DNA from: Candidatus Cloacimonadota bacterium | Lineage (GTDB): Bacteria; Cloacimonadota; Cloacimonadia; Cloacimonadales; WRIO01 | DNA length: 64,000 nucleotides | NCBI GenBank assembly: GCA_029564175.1 | Contig: JAKQQL010000215.1 | Coordinates: 1 to 64,000, forward strand | Reading direction: 5' to 3' | In this document: in pieces, positions 9,337-19,412 of the stretch | Numbering within the stretch: position 1 is the first letter of the stretch | Layout: every line of letters starts with the position of its first letter | Made by a program: the position numbers and the translations under genes | The notes under the pieces: generated by a model | What the model was told of the DNA's origin: nothing | What the model saw: the letters and a program-made list of their open reading frames with translations, nothing else | The model's database searches: none

Positions 9337-9888
9337 ATGAAAGTAAATAACTCAGGAAAAATAAGTATTTTAATCATAATTATTATTGTTGTTCTTCAGA
9401 TAATCTTAGCTGGTGTATTATATTTTTTTGTTTTTAAGAAAGATGATCAAAATATTAAACCAATAAAAATTGAAGAAAAAAAGAATGAAGATCAAAAAGA
9501 CTCAGAAAGTGATGTAGAACAACTTGAGCAGGGCAAAGAAGGAACAACTTCACCAAAAGTGAAAGCGAAAGACTATCTAACTGAATATGCCATTGCTAAT
9601 TTAAGTGACATTGTTATTAATCCTAAAGATTCTCCTGAAAGTTTTTTAGTAGTTTCTATCGCTCTTGAATACCAAATAAAAAATGAAAATCTTCCTACTG
9701 AGTTAAAAAATAAGGATTTATTGATTAAAGACAAAATTCTTACATACTTTTCATTAAAATCAAAAGATGAACTACAAAACATAGATAATCGTGAAATATT
9801 TAAAAAGGAAATCAAAAAAGACGTCAATGCTTTGTTGATTGAAGGAAAAATAACGAATGTACTATTTCCACAGTATGTTATGCAATAA
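9337..9888 (+). CDS. fliL: Flagellar basal body-associated protein FliL
   Basis: Single N-terminal TM; IVINP...IKDKILTYFS...ITNVLFPQYVMQ; lies between motB and fliM. Confidence 0.85.
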   Translation: MKVNNSGKISILIIIIIVVLQIILAGVLYFFVFKKDDQNIKPIKIEEKKNEDQKDSESDVEQLEQGKEGTTSPKVKAKDYLTEYAIANLSDIVINPKDSPESFLVVSIALEYQIKNENLPTELKNKDLLIKDKILTYFSLKSKDELQNIDNREIFKKEIKKDVNALLIEGKITNVLFPQYVMQ

Positions 9889-9897
9889 GGGTGTTTC

Positions 9898-10884
9898 ATG
9901 AGTAAATTACTCACTCAGGAAGAAGTAGATGCGCTGCTTTCGCAGGAGCAGGGTCCTGAACAAATTTTCGAACTTGATAATAAAAAGAAAGAAGTTCGTT
10001 TATATGATTTTAGGCATCCTGATCGTGTATCTAAAGAACAGTTAAAGATTCTTCGAAATATTCATGACAATTTTGCCCGTTTATTAGCAACTTATCTATC
10101 TAATCAACTTCGAACAATGATTGATGTAAAACCTCCAACTATTGAACAGGTTACCTATCTTGAATTTACTATGTCAGCATCAGATTTTACTTACATGTAT
10201 ATCTTTGATATAACCAACCTGGACGGTCAGGCTCTGCTTGAAGTTGATCCAAATTTATCTTTTTTTATTATAGATCGTTTATTTGGTGGAACCGGTAGTA
10301 CAATACAGAGAAACGAAGCAACACCAACAATCATTGAAAGATCTGTAATGAATAGTGTCTCTGAAAGAGTTTTGGAATTCTTAAAAGAAGCATGGCAGCA
10401 TATTGATATTCTACAGCCTAATATTCTTACTTTTGAAACTAATCCTCAGCTGGTTACTATCGCTCCTGCTTCAGAAACGATGATTGTCTTTAACTTTCCA
10501 ATAATAGCTAGAAATTTTGAATTTTATTTATTATTATGCTTTCCATACTTTATGTTGGAACCAATACTCAAGAAATTAGTAAATCAAAATTATATTGCAT
10601 TAACAAAGAAAAAACCAAACGAAGCTGATACCAGAAGTCTATACAGAACACTTGAAAATACTCAGATAAAATTTACTGTAGAAATTGGTAATACTGACAT
10701 CTTTGTTCAGGATTTTGTAAATCTTGAACAAAATGACATACTTGTTTTAAAAAAGAAAATTACTGACCCATTTATTGCTAAAGTACAAAATGTCCCTAAA
10801 TTTTCGGGAGCTCCCGGAGTTCATAATAAAAAATATTCATTTAAAGTAGAGCATATAGTAGATGAAGAAGGAGATATTATATGA
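9898..10884 (+). CDS. fliM: Flagellar motor switch protein FliM
   Basis: LTQEEVDALL CheY-binding peptide; YDFRHPDRVSKEQL; DRLFGG; ETNPQ. Confidence 0.97.
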   Translation: MSKLLTQEEVDALLSQEQGPEQIFELDNKKKEVRLYDFRHPDRVSKEQLKILRNIHDNFARLLATYLSNQLRTMIDVKPPTIEQVTYLEFTMSASDFTYMYIFDITNLDGQALLEVDPNLSFFIIDRLFGGTGSTIQRNEATPTIIERSVMNSVSERVLEFLKEAWQHIDILQPNILTFETNPQLVTIAPASETMIVFNFPIIARNFEFYLLLCFPYFMLEPILKKLVNQNYIALTKKKPNEADTRSLYRTLENTQIKFTVEIGNTDIFVQDFVNLEQNDILVLKKKITDPFIAKVQNVPKFSGAPGVHNKKYSFKVEHIVDEEGDII

Positions 10885-11816
10885 ATGCCTCTCCACAAAT
10901 AAACCGATTTATTGATTTTTTTACCAGTAATGCATCTGGCGTTTTAGGTACAATAACTAACCAAAGTATTAATTTTGATATTGCAGGTTTTGATGATTTT
11001 GATTTTTCTCAAATTAATACAGGAATTGAAATACCATGTGTATTGTTATCTATTATGTATACAGGTCAACAAAATTTTCAACTTCAATTAGTCATCGATA
11101 AGAATGCTGTATCTACACTTGCTGATTTAATGATGCTTGGTGAAGGTGAGGCTGAATATATCCCTGATGAACATAATGATGCCATGAAAGAAATGTGTAA
11201 TCAGATATTAGGGAGTATGACTGCAGAATTTTCTGGTGAAGGTATAAACCTGACTGGAAATGTTGGTGATATAGAACTTACCGATATGGAAATTCAACAG
11301 GATTTTTTCATAGACAATAAAATGCTTACATTACAATTCAGTGTTGTTGGAAAAAAATTTCAGTGTTATCTAATCTTTGATAATCAATCTATTGAAAGCA
11401 TTAATAACAGCTTTTCTGCTGATGATGTTCCTTCTTTTAGTTCAAACCAAACTTCATTTAATACTGCTCCTAAAAAACAAGAAGAACCAGTAAGGGTTTC
11501 TAGAGCTCAATTCAGTGAATTTGAAGAAGTACGTCCATCTAGTGGAAAAAATATCAATATAGATTTATTGCTTGATGTAAGTCTGCCTGTAACTGTTGAA
11601 TTAGGCAGAAAAGATATGAAAATTAAAGAAGTACTGGAAATTGGTCAGGGCTCAGTTGTAGAACTTGATAAGTTGGCAGGAGATCTGGTTGATTTAATGA
11701 TTAACGGCAAGAAATTTGCCGTTGGAGAAGTAATGGTTGCAGATGATAATTATGCTGTACGCATTGTTAGCCTGGTTTCGAGAGAAGAGAGAATTAGAAG
11801 TTTAGGATCAGATTAA
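10881..11816 (+). CDS. fliN: Flagellar motor switch protein FliN/FliY (CheC-like domain plus SpoA domain)
   Basis: DAMKEMCNQ CheC-like motif; C-terminal LLLDVSLPVTVELG...GSVVELDKLAG...GEVMV. Confidence 0.9.
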   Translation: MNASPQINRFIDFFTSNASGVLGTITNQSINFDIAGFDDFDFSQINTGIEIPCVLLSIMYTGQQNFQLQLVIDKNAVSTLADLMMLGEGEAEYIPDEHNDAMKEMCNQILGSMTAEFSGEGINLTGNVGDIELTDMEIQQDFFIDNKMLTLQFSVVGKKFQCYLIFDNQSIESINNSFSADDVPSFSSNQTSFNTAPKKQEEPVRVSRAQFSEFEEVRPSSGKNINIDLLLDVSLPVTVELGRKDMKIKEVLEIGQGSVVELDKLAGDLVDLMINGKKFAVGEVMVADDNYAVRIVSLVSREERIRSLGSD

Positions 11817-12358
11817 TGAAATATTATCTTCTAGTTTTAACTCTTTTTTCATTCTCTTTGCTTTTCGCTGTTTTTAATGATAACGCTTCTACCATTTCAG
11901 ATACATTAGTTAATACTAGTCCCGGCATTCAAGATAGTACATATCTTGATTCTCTTACTAATTATGTACTTTACGCTCAACCGCCAGTTCCTGTAAAACC
12001 GGTTGAATCACCCTCTTTTAGCTGGATGATGATAAAAATGATTGCCACTTTGATTATGATAAGTATCTTAATGTATTTAATACTTCGATTTGTCAAAGGA
12101 CTAAATCAGAATCAGTTAATCAATTCTGATAAACTCATCAAAGTTTTAGAATCTCAACCGGTAGGATTCAAACAATACATTCAAATAATCAGTATTCATA
12201 AAACACTCTATATTTTATCTTCTGGTTCAAATAATACTCAAATTATTGATAAAATAGAAGACCCTGTAATTATAGAAGAAATCTTACAAAAAAAGAACAC
12301 CAAAAATATAAGCAATTTCAATCATATTTTGAATAAGTTTAAGGCAAAAAAAGGATAA
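11816..12358 (+). CDS. fliO: Flagellar biosynthesis protein FliO/FliZ
   Basis: Signal peptide plus one TM and IKVLESQPVG...IQIISI; lies between fliN and fliP. Confidence 0.75.
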   Translation: MKYYLLVLTLFSFSLLFAVFNDNASTISDTLVNTSPGIQDSTYLDSLTNYVLYAQPPVPVKPVESPSFSWMMIKMIATLIMISILMYLILRFVKGLNQNQLINSDKLIKVLESQPVGFKQYIQIISIHKTLYILSSGSNNTQIIDKIEDPVIIEEILQKKNTKNISNFNHILNKFKAKKG

Positions 12359-12359
12359 C

Positions 12360-13133
12360 ATGAGATTTAAAAAGATTATTAATATACTATTACAAAGAAA
12401 AACACTTTTGCTTGTTTTGTTTTTTACTTTGATTTTGTGCACTATTCATGCACAAGTCGTACCAAGACTTAATATTGGTTTTGATCGAAGTAATTCTCCA
12501 AAAGATGTATCTAATAGTTTACAAATTCTACTATTGCTGACAATATTGTCAATAGCACCTTCTATTTTGATTATGATGACATGTTTTACAAGAATTTCAA
12601 TCGTATTGTCTTTTGTAAGAAAAGCGCTAGGTACACAGCCTGTACCTAGCAATCAGATAATGGCAAGTATTTCCTTATTTTTGACTTTTTTTATCATGAG
12701 TCCTGTATTTAAAGAAATTAACGACAGGGCACTTCAACCCTATTTAAAAGCGGAGTTAACACACGAACAGTTTTATCACAACGGTATCCAGCCACTAAGA
12801 AATTTCATGCTAAAACAAACAAGGGAAAAAGATCTCGCTTTAATGTTGAACATGTCACGTCTTCCAAAACCTCAAAATTCTGATGAAATTTCTTTACCTG
12901 TATTAGTCACTGCTTATGCTCTAAGTGAGATAAGACTTGCATTTGAGATGGGTTTCTTAATATATCTGCCATTCTTGATGATTGATATGATCGTAGCAAG
13001 TATTTTGATGTCAATGGGTATGATGATGTTACCACCTGCTATGATATCTGCACCATTAAAAATTCTTTTATTTATTGTTGTTGATGGCTGGTACCTGGTC
13101 ATTCAGACTTTAGTCAGAAGTATTAACTGGTAG
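12360..13133 (+). CDS. fliP: Flagellar export gate protein FliP
   Basis: MMTCFTRISIVLS; AFEMGFLIYLPFLMIDMIVASILMSMGMMMLPP. Confidence 0.97.
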   Translation: MRFKKIINILLQRKTLLLVLFFTLILCTIHAQVVPRLNIGFDRSNSPKDVSNSLQILLLLTILSIAPSILIMMTCFTRISIVLSFVRKALGTQPVPSNQIMASISLFLTFFIMSPVFKEINDRALQPYLKAELTHEQFYHNGIQPLRNFMLKQTREKDLALMLNMSRLPKPQNSDEISLPVLVTAYALSEIRLAFEMGFLIYLPFLMIDMIVASILMSMGMMMLPPAMISAPLKILLFIVVDGWYLVIQTLVRSINW

Positions 13134-13140
13134 GTGCTAT

Positions 13141-13407
13141 ATGAGTCAGGAATTAGTTATTGAAATTGCAACTAAAACTCTTTACTATACGATGATCATA
13201 TCAGCACCAGTTCTGTTAACAGGCTTGATTATCGGGATAATTTTATCAATTATGCAATCAGTCATTCAGATAAGAGAAATGACTCTGACTTTTATACCCA
13301 AAATTCTATCGATAATGGTTGTATTATTATTGACTATACCCTGGATGATTAATAAATTTATTGAATATTTTAACTATATCATGAATATCATGATTACGAT
13401 AAAATAG
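13141..13407 (+). CDS. fliQ: Flagellar export protein FliQ
   Basis: QSVIQIREMTLTFIPK motif; 88 aa. Confidence 0.95.
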   Translation: MSQELVIEIATKTLYYTMIISAPVLLTGLIIGIILSIMQSVIQIREMTLTFIPKILSIMVVLLLTIPWMINKFIEYFNYIMNIMITIK

Positions 13408-13416
13408 CATTAGTCT

Positions 13417-14196
13417 ATGTTTGAAACCCTTGGTATTACTTTAGTCGAATTTCAAAACTGGCTTCTTGTTTTTATAAGAGTTTCTATATTATTTGTTACT
13501 TTACCCTTATTTTCCAATGAGACATTCGATCCTCGGGTTAAGGTATTTTTTTCTTTTTTTTTATCATTAATTTGTTTTAAACTGATTCCTTATGATAAAA
13601 GCTTACCCATAGAGTTTGTTGCTTTTATTTTTTTAATGATAAAAGAATCTGTTGTCGCTTTATGTATTGGATCTTTTACTGCTATTTTGTTCGAAAGTTT
13701 TCGCTTTGCGGGTAATCAGGTAGGGCATATGATGGGAATCAATATGGCAGAAATGATTGATCCCCTGTATGATGAACAGTCAGAAGCAATCTCTGAATTA
13801 TTTAATATTGTCGCTGTACTCATGATACTTGCCATTAATGGCCATCATTTCTTTATAAAAGTGATTGTGGATAGTTTTTTTATCATCCCGATAAACGGAT
13901 TAAAACTACCCGTAGAACTCTTGCCTAAGTTTATGTTCATCTTACAGAAAATCGTAGAATCAGGAATCAGGATTGCAGCTCCGGTAATGATTCTTCTATT
14001 ACTGATTAAGGTCATGATCGGTATTTTAAACCGTATGGTTCAAGAAGCTGATATATTCAGTATTATGTTAGTATTGGAAATACTGCTTGGTTTTTACCTG
14101 TTACAGTTTTTCTGGCCATACTACGCCTCAGTAGTCAATGAACTTTATCAGATTTATAAACAAAACATTCTGAGTTTTATGAAAATGATGTCCTGA
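13417..14196 (+). CDS. fliR: Flagellar export protein FliR
   Basis: Hydrophobic; FIRVS...PLFS; AGNQVGHMMG...IDP; NGHHFFI; follows fliQ. Confidence 0.9.
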   Translation: MFETLGITLVEFQNWLLVFIRVSILFVTLPLFSNETFDPRVKVFFSFFLSLICFKLIPYDKSLPIEFVAFIFLMIKESVVALCIGSFTAILFESFRFAGNQVGHMMGINMAEMIDPLYDEQSEAISELFNIVAVLMILAINGHHFFIKVIVDSFFIIPINGLKLPVELLPKFMFILQKIVESGIRIAAPVMILLLLIKVMIGILNRMVQEADIFSIMLVLEILLGFYLLQFFWPYYASVVNELYQIYKQNILSFMKMMS

Positions 14197-14198
14197 TT

Positions 14199-14411
14199 TT
14201 ATTTTCCTGCTTTCTTTTTAAGTGTTACTATCAGTTCAAATTGGTCTTTAGGTTTTTCAAAAATTACTTTTCCCAGATAGGGAACAGGATTATTAATTAG
14301 TTCTGATTCAGTAACTTCTTCAAAAGTGTTTTCCGTTATTACCCAATAGAGCTTTTGTTTAACAGTTTCAGTTTTTGTGTTGCTTTTGGTTGTCGTTTTT
14401 GATTGTGCCAT
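14199..14411 (-). CDS. Small hypothetical protein (70 aa, MAQSKTTTKS...)
   Basis: ATG at 14411 is preceded by AGGAGA; the longer 154-aa call runs through a hairpin-rich intergenic region. Confidence 0.6.
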   Translation of the reverse strand: MAQSKTTTKSNTKTETVKQKLYWVITENTFEEVTESELINNPVPYLGKVIFEKPKDQFELIVTLKKKAGK

Positions 14412-14680
14412 TATTTCTCCTAATATTTCATATTCGGGGTGTTGTTCGATATATTCTTGCAGAATATTCAGATTAAAAAAACGCTTAAAGAGATCACATC
14501 TCTCTAAGCATTGACTTGCACAAACGATAATATTTTCAAATCGTTTGGTTCTGTAACAAATGATATTATGAGAGTCAAAAACCCCCCATTTTCTATCGAG
14601 GGTTTTGCTCTTTCTTTTTTCTTCAGGCATCGATGTTCCAGATGTTTGAAAGTAATAAAACAATCATATTGAATATCTGG

Positions 14681-15556
14681 TTAGATCAGTTGATATTGTT
14701 TTAGACAACTTTCAATAATCATTAAGTTTTCAGCTTTTAAATCACATAACGGTAAACGTACTTCTTTTTCCATCATTCCCATTAGCGCAAGTGCATTTTT
14801 AACTGGAATAGGATTTGTTTCAATAAACATATTTTGATTAAGTTCTATTAATTCAAGATGTATTTTGTTTGCCTCCTTAAAGTTACCGTCAAGTGCATAT
14901 TGAATCAATTGGTGCATTTTTAGGGGTACAATGTTAGCTGTAACTGAAATGCATCCTTTAGCTCCAATACACATTAAAGGTAAATTCAGAGCATCCTCTC
15001 CAGAAAGGACAAAGAATTCTTTGGGCGCATATTTTATAATTTTTCCTGCTTGAACAAGATCTGCACTGGCTTCTTTTATACCAATAATCTTTCCAGGAAA
15101 TTCATTGGCTAATCGTATCGTTGTTTCAGCACTTTGATTACAACCTGTTCTTCCTGGTACATTGTACATGATAATGGGTATATTAGTATTACGAACAATT
15201 TCTTTATAATATAGGTATATCCCTTCCTGAGTTGGTTTGTTATAATAGGGGGTAACTATAAGAGCCGCATCAGCACCAAAATGTTCTGCTTTAACTGTAT
15301 TTGAAATTGTTTGACTAACATTATTACTACCTGTACCTATAATGATTGGTAATTTCCCTTTTAATCTTTGGGTAGCAAAACGTAATAAACTTTCTTTCTC
15401 GTCATTTGCTAATGTAGCGGCTTCTGCTGTTGTTCCTAATAAAACAATTGCGTCAGTTTGATTCAACAGGTGAAAATCGATTAATTTTTCAAGTGCATTA
15501 TAATCAATTTCCTTGTTTTTAAATGGAGTAACCAATGCAACCATTGAGCCTTTCAT
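14681..15556 (-). CDS. dapA: 4-hydroxy-tetrahydrodipicolinate synthase
   Basis: ALVTPF, GTTAE, TPYYNKPTQEG, YNVPGRTG, GIKEASAD, ETNPIPVK. Confidence 0.97.
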   Translation of the reverse strand: MKGSMVALVTPFKNKEIDYNALEKLIDFHLLNQTDAIVLLGTTAEAATLANDEKESLLRFATQRLKGKLPIIIGTGSNNVSQTISNTVKAEHFGADAALIVTPYYNKPTQEGIYLYYKEIVRNTNIPIIMYNVPGRTGCNQSAETTIRLANEFPGKIIGIKEASADLVQAGKIIKYAPKEFFVLSGEDALNLPLMCIGAKGCISVTANIVPLKMHQLIQYALDGNFKEANKIHLELIELNQNMFIETNPIPVKNALALMGMMEKEVRLPLCDLKAENLMIIESCLKQYQLI

Positions 15557-15710
15557 TTTATCTCCTTTTCTAAGGGCAAAAGCCGTTTAGCTTCGCCTAT
15601 TTTTTATAAAGTTAAGTTAATTGACAAACCAACTTATTCATGTAAGCCTCTTGTCTGAGTTAATCCCTGCAACTGGATGTTATTGGGTTTTGAAATGTGT
15701 TTGTCATTCA

Positions 15711-16676
15711 TTATATAAACATTTTCTTAGCAGCACTGGGGTCATTATATTTGCCCAGTAAACACATTAATTTTATACGTGCTTTGGGTCCTCGAAGATC
15801 ACCTCCAAGTATTACACCGTGGCTTACTAAGTCTTTGCCTCCTCCTGTATAGCCGTATTCAGGTAAGACTCTGCCTGTATAAGCTCGGGAAACTAAAATA
15901 ACGATCATATTTTTTTCGATCATTTTTTCAATGTCAGGCATAAGGTAGGGAGGAATATTGCCTCTGCCAAATGCTTCAAGAACAACACCTTTTGCTTTAT
16001 TTTCAATTGAGCTTTTGATGTAGCGGTTATCCATTCCCGATACCATTTTTATCAGATCTACGTTTGTTTCTATTTTATCAGTCCATACGCTTTCTCTTTG
16101 GATTATTTGACGGTGATATATAATATCATCAGAATCAACATAACCTAAAGCACCATAACCGGGAGATTCAAATGAATCAACCCGACCTGTATCTACTTTT
16201 ACAACATCCCTTGCTGTATGGATTTCATCATTCATTACGACTAAAACACCTTTGTCAATTGAATTTGAATGAGCTGCAACACGTACAGATCCAACAATGT
16301 TTCTGGGTCCGTCAAGACCTAATTCATCTCCGGATCTCATTGCTGCGGTGAAAATTACCGGCTTTCGGGTTGTTAGAGTCAGATCAAGCATATACGCAGT
16401 TTCTTCAAGAGTATCTGTCCCATGGGTAATAACAATCCCATCATAATCAATAATCTTCAAATCTACAAACTTTGAAAGCTCAAACATTTTTTCAGGTGTC
16501 ATATAGGGACTTGGAATATTGGAAAATTCGAGAATATCAATATTTGCGACAGAATCAAGTTTTGGAAAACTTTTTAGAAAATCAATCAATTCAGTTGAAG
16601 GAATGACACCTTTTTCTGAATCGTACTTCATAGCTATAGTACCACCAGTAGTGATGATCAATATTTTTTTTTTCAA
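15711..16676 (-). CDS. L-asparaginase
   Basis: TTGGTIAM and HGTDTLEETAY catalytic motifs. Confidence 0.95.
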   Translation of the reverse strand: MKKKILIITTGGTIAMKYDSEKGVIPSTELIDFLKSFPKLDSVANIDILEFSNIPSPYMTPEKMFELSKFVDLKIIDYDGIVITHGTDTLEETAYMLDLTLTTRKPVIFTAAMRSGDELGLDGPRNIVGSVRVAAHSNSIDKGVLVVMNDEIHTARDVVKVDTGRVDSFESPGYGALGYVDSDDIIYHRQIIQRESVWTDKIETNVDLIKMVSGMDNRYIKSSIENKAKGVVLEAFGRGNIPPYLMPDIEKMIEKNMIVILVSRAYTGRVLPEYGYTGGGKDLVSHGVILGGDLRGPKARIKLMCLLGKYNDPSAAKKMFI

Positions 16677-16854
16677 TTTTCACCTTCAAATTTCTTATTA
16701 TATTTCTTTTTTCTATTTTAATAAAAAAAATGTCAAGCTATTTTTGTCTTTGATACTTTTTATTATTGAAAATCAGTCCATGATTTACTGAAAAAAAGAT
16801 AATATCTGAATATCAAAGCTGTTTAATCGGCCTCTTTATGTGTATTTCAGGATT

Positions 16855-17151
16855 TTAATCCTTATGATTATGTTGATTCCTGATTAGTCTAAGCGATCCA
16901 AATCCAGAAATTATAGCAATATAGTAAGCTAAATTATACCAAAATCCATTGTTATGAATTTCGTATATACTTAAATGTTGTTTGAAATAGCTAAGGATAA
17001 GAGAAATTGGTGCAATTAAGCCATGCCAGTACCCCCAAAAAAAACCTGCTTTTTTTTCAATACTATGAGTCCCGTCTCCAGGAATACACGCTGTTAATAC
17101 AAAGAGCAGACAAATGAGCCCTAATGATTTTAAAATAAATATTTTTTTCAT
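16855..17151 (-). CDS. Small hypothetical lipoprotein/membrane protein
   Basis: Lipobox LTAC; AGFFWGYWHGLIAP...IYEIHNNGFWY; RBS GAGGA. Confidence 0.75.
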   Translation of the reverse strand: MKKIFILKSLGLICLLFVLTACIPGDGTHSIEKKAGFFWGYWHGLIAPISLILSYFKQHLSIYEIHNNGFWYNLAYYIAIISGFGSLRLIRNQHNHKD

Positions 17152-17169
17152 AAATCCTCAATATAAACA

Positions 17170-17190
17170 GGAGGAAGAAGAACTTCCTCC
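17170..17190 (-). terminator. Hairpin downstream of pfk (possible terminator)
   Basis: GGAGGAAG-N5-CTTCCTCC; weak U-tract. Confidence 0.45.
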
Positions 17191-17203
17191 CAAAAAAAAT
17201 GAT

Positions 17204-18301
17204 TTAATCTCCTAAGCTAATGCCAATACCTCTTGCTGATTTGATTAACCTGGAGTCCAGCTGAATAACATTATATTTGGCAATAGCATCTTTGATAGGA
17301 ACAGCAATCACATCAGGATGATCATAAGCGACCATGTGACCATATTTGCCTTCAAGCACCATTTCAAATGCCTTTACACCAAATTGAGAGGCAAGAATCC
17401 GGTCAAAAGCATTTGGTCTGCCACCTCTTTGTAAATGACCCAGAATGGTTTCCCGAATATCAATGTCACAACCTGCTTCTCGTAACTCATGCTTTAACTG
17501 CATGGCAGCTCCGCCTAATCTGACATTATGATAACCGACTTCTTCTGATTTTTGGAATACAAGCTCACCCTCTACTCTTTTAGCACCTTCTGCAATCACA
17601 ATGATAGCAAAGCCTTTGCCTTTGATGATTCTTTGATTGACTTTGTCTATGACTTTATTGATATCATAAGGTATTTCAGGAATCAGACAAACTTCTGCGC
17701 CTCCGGCTACTGCTGCACTTAATGCTATCCATCCGGCAAAACGTCCCATGACTTCAAGAATAATCACTCTGTGATGGGATGCAGCAGTCGTAACTAACTT
17801 ATCAACCGCATCCGTTGCCGCTTCAACTGCAGTCTGAAAACCAAAAGTAAATTCGGTTGAGCTTAAATCATTGTCTATCGTCTTAGGAACTCCAATAATA
17901 TTAAGTCCTTGTTCAAAAAGTTGCTGACTAATTCTTTGAGAACCATCACCCCCAATATTGATAACAGCTTCTATTCCCATGTATTGTAATCTGCGTATCA
18001 GTTCTTCTGATCTGTCCACTTCAGCCCAAGAACCATCTCTGTTTTTAACAGGCCAGGCATAAGGGCCTCCTTTATTGGTTGTACCAATGATTGTACCACC
18101 TCTGACATGGATTCCTGCTACTGCTTTTTCATCTAAAATAACAACATCTGCAGGATCACTTAATACTCCATCAAATGCATTTATACTGCCTACAATCTCC
18201 CAGTCTCTCTCTTGAGAGGCTCTTTTTACAATAGCTCTTATTACTGCATTTAAACCTGGGCAATCTCCCCCGCCTGTTAACACTAAGGCACGCCTTTTCA
18301 T
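17204..18301 (-). CDS. pfkA: 6-phosphofructokinase (PfkA family, group III-like; GGDG suggests ATP-dependent)
   Basis: TGGGDCPGLN, GGDGS, PKTIDND, EVMGR, GHLQRGG; start at 18301 after GGAGG. Confidence 0.92.
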   Translation of the reverse strand: MKRRALVLTGGGDCPGLNAVIRAIVKRASQERDWEIVGSINAFDGVLSDPADVVILDEKAVAGIHVRGGTIIGTTNKGGPYAWPVKNRDGSWAEVDRSEELIRRLQYMGIEAVINIGGDGSQRISQQLFEQGLNIIGVPKTIDNDLSSTEFTFGFQTAVEAATDAVDKLVTTAASHHRVIILEVMGRFAGWIALSAAVAGGAEVCLIPEIPYDINKVIDKVNQRIIKGKGFAIIVIAEGAKRVEGELVFQKSEEVGYHNVRLGGAAMQLKHELREAGCDIDIRETILGHLQRGGRPNAFDRILASQFGVKAFEMVLEGKYGHMVAYDHPDVIAVPIKDAIAKYNVIQLDSRLIKSARGIGISLGD

Positions 18302-18380
18302 TTTGCCTCCGATCATTTTCTTAGAACACTTTTTAAAAATATAAGTAGATATCTATACTTTGCCAAAAAATAAATAGATA

Positions 18381-18404
18381 AAAAAAAGCAGGAATAATCC
18401 TGCT
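18381..18404 (-). terminator. Rho-independent terminator after the FGE-family gene
   Basis: Minus strand AGCAGGA-TTAT-TCCTGCT followed by a T-run. Confidence 0.85.
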
Positions 18405-18422
18405 TAATTGTGAAAAGAGAAT

Positions 18423-19238
18423 TTAGTTTGAACTCTTTGCGAGTCTTAATCCGATGTTAAAGACATTTTTTTCTGCCTGATTGTAGTATCTGTTAGCAAC
18501 TGTGCAGTATTCTTTTTTACTACTCCAGCTACCCCCTCTAAAAACCCTGTTTTCTCCAGTTTCAGGCCCTTTTGGGTTGACTTTTTCTTCTGAAGTGTAA
18601 AAATCAAATCGATCCCAACACCATTCATATACATTCCCGCTCATATCATACAACCCAAGCTCATTTGGCTTTTTGGTGCCAATCGGATGGGATGAAAATT
18701 CTGAATTCTCAATAAACCAGGCAACTTCATGGATATCATCTGAGCCTGAATAATGATAGTTTTCTGTCTTGTTGCCACCTCGCATTGCAAACTCCCATTC
18801 CGCTTCTGTTGGCAGTCTGTAACCATTAGAGTCAAAATTGCAAATCACGTCTTTACCGTTAATCGTATAGCATGGCGTAAGGCAATCTTTGATACTTTTC
18901 CTGTTACAATACTCGATGGCATCGTACCAGGAGATATTCTCAACTGGAAAGTAATCACCTTCAACTTCAGAAGGATTTGAAAGCATGATCTCATACCATT
19001 CTTTTTGAGTAACAGTATATTTGTTTAAATAAAACGAAGAAACTGTTACTTGATGTTCTGGCTTTTCAGTTTCAAGTCCTGAATCTGAACCCATCCTAAA
19101 TGTTCCCCCTTCTATCAGAACCATCACATTTTCTGAATGAAAACTGGAGTATCCCTCTAAAATATTCCTAAATCCACAATGTGGACAAACTGGATTATGA
19201 GCCTCTAGTTCCTTACCACACTTGATGCAGTTATCCAT
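18423..19238 (-). CDS. Formylglycine-generating enzyme family (SUMF1/FGE-sulfatase domain) protein with N-terminal zinc ribbon
   Basis: CIKCG...CPHCG; RLPTEAEWE; NELGLYDMSGNVYEWCWD; RGGSW. Confidence 0.92.
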   Translation of the reverse strand: MDNCIKCGKELEAHNPVCPHCGFRNILEGYSSFHSENVMVLIEGGTFRMGSDSGLETEKPEHQVTVSSFYLNKYTVTQKEWYEIMLSNPSEVEGDYFPVENISWYDAIEYCNRKSIKDCLTPCYTINGKDVICNFDSNGYRLPTEAEWEFAMRGGNKTENYHYSGSDDIHEVAWFIENSEFSSHPIGTKKPNELGLYDMSGNVYEWCWDRFDFYTSEEKVNPKGPETGENRVFRGGSWSSKKEYCTVANRYYNQAEKNVFNIGLRLAKSSN

Positions 19239-19352
19239 AATCTCCTCCTTATTTATAAGTTTTGTCTTCTATCATTAGAATTAAGTACTTTTTTGTTCAT
19301 TTGTCAAACTTTTTTTTACTTTTTTTTGCTTTTGCTTATCATAAAAAAGTCA

Positions 19353-19381
19353 TTGACGAATTTTTAACTTTAAAATAAAAT
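19353..19381 (+). promoter_or_regulatory. sigma70-type promoter for the membrane protein-guaD-selAB-mobA operon
   Basis: TTGACG-N17-TAAAAT. Confidence 0.6.
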
Positions 19382-19412
19382 TACTCTGGAATAAGAAAAG
19401 GGATGGTTTGAT

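Noticed and set aside
15557..15710. Lysine riboswitch before dapA
   Set aside because: Gap is too short and lacks the conserved AGAGGUGC-type core.
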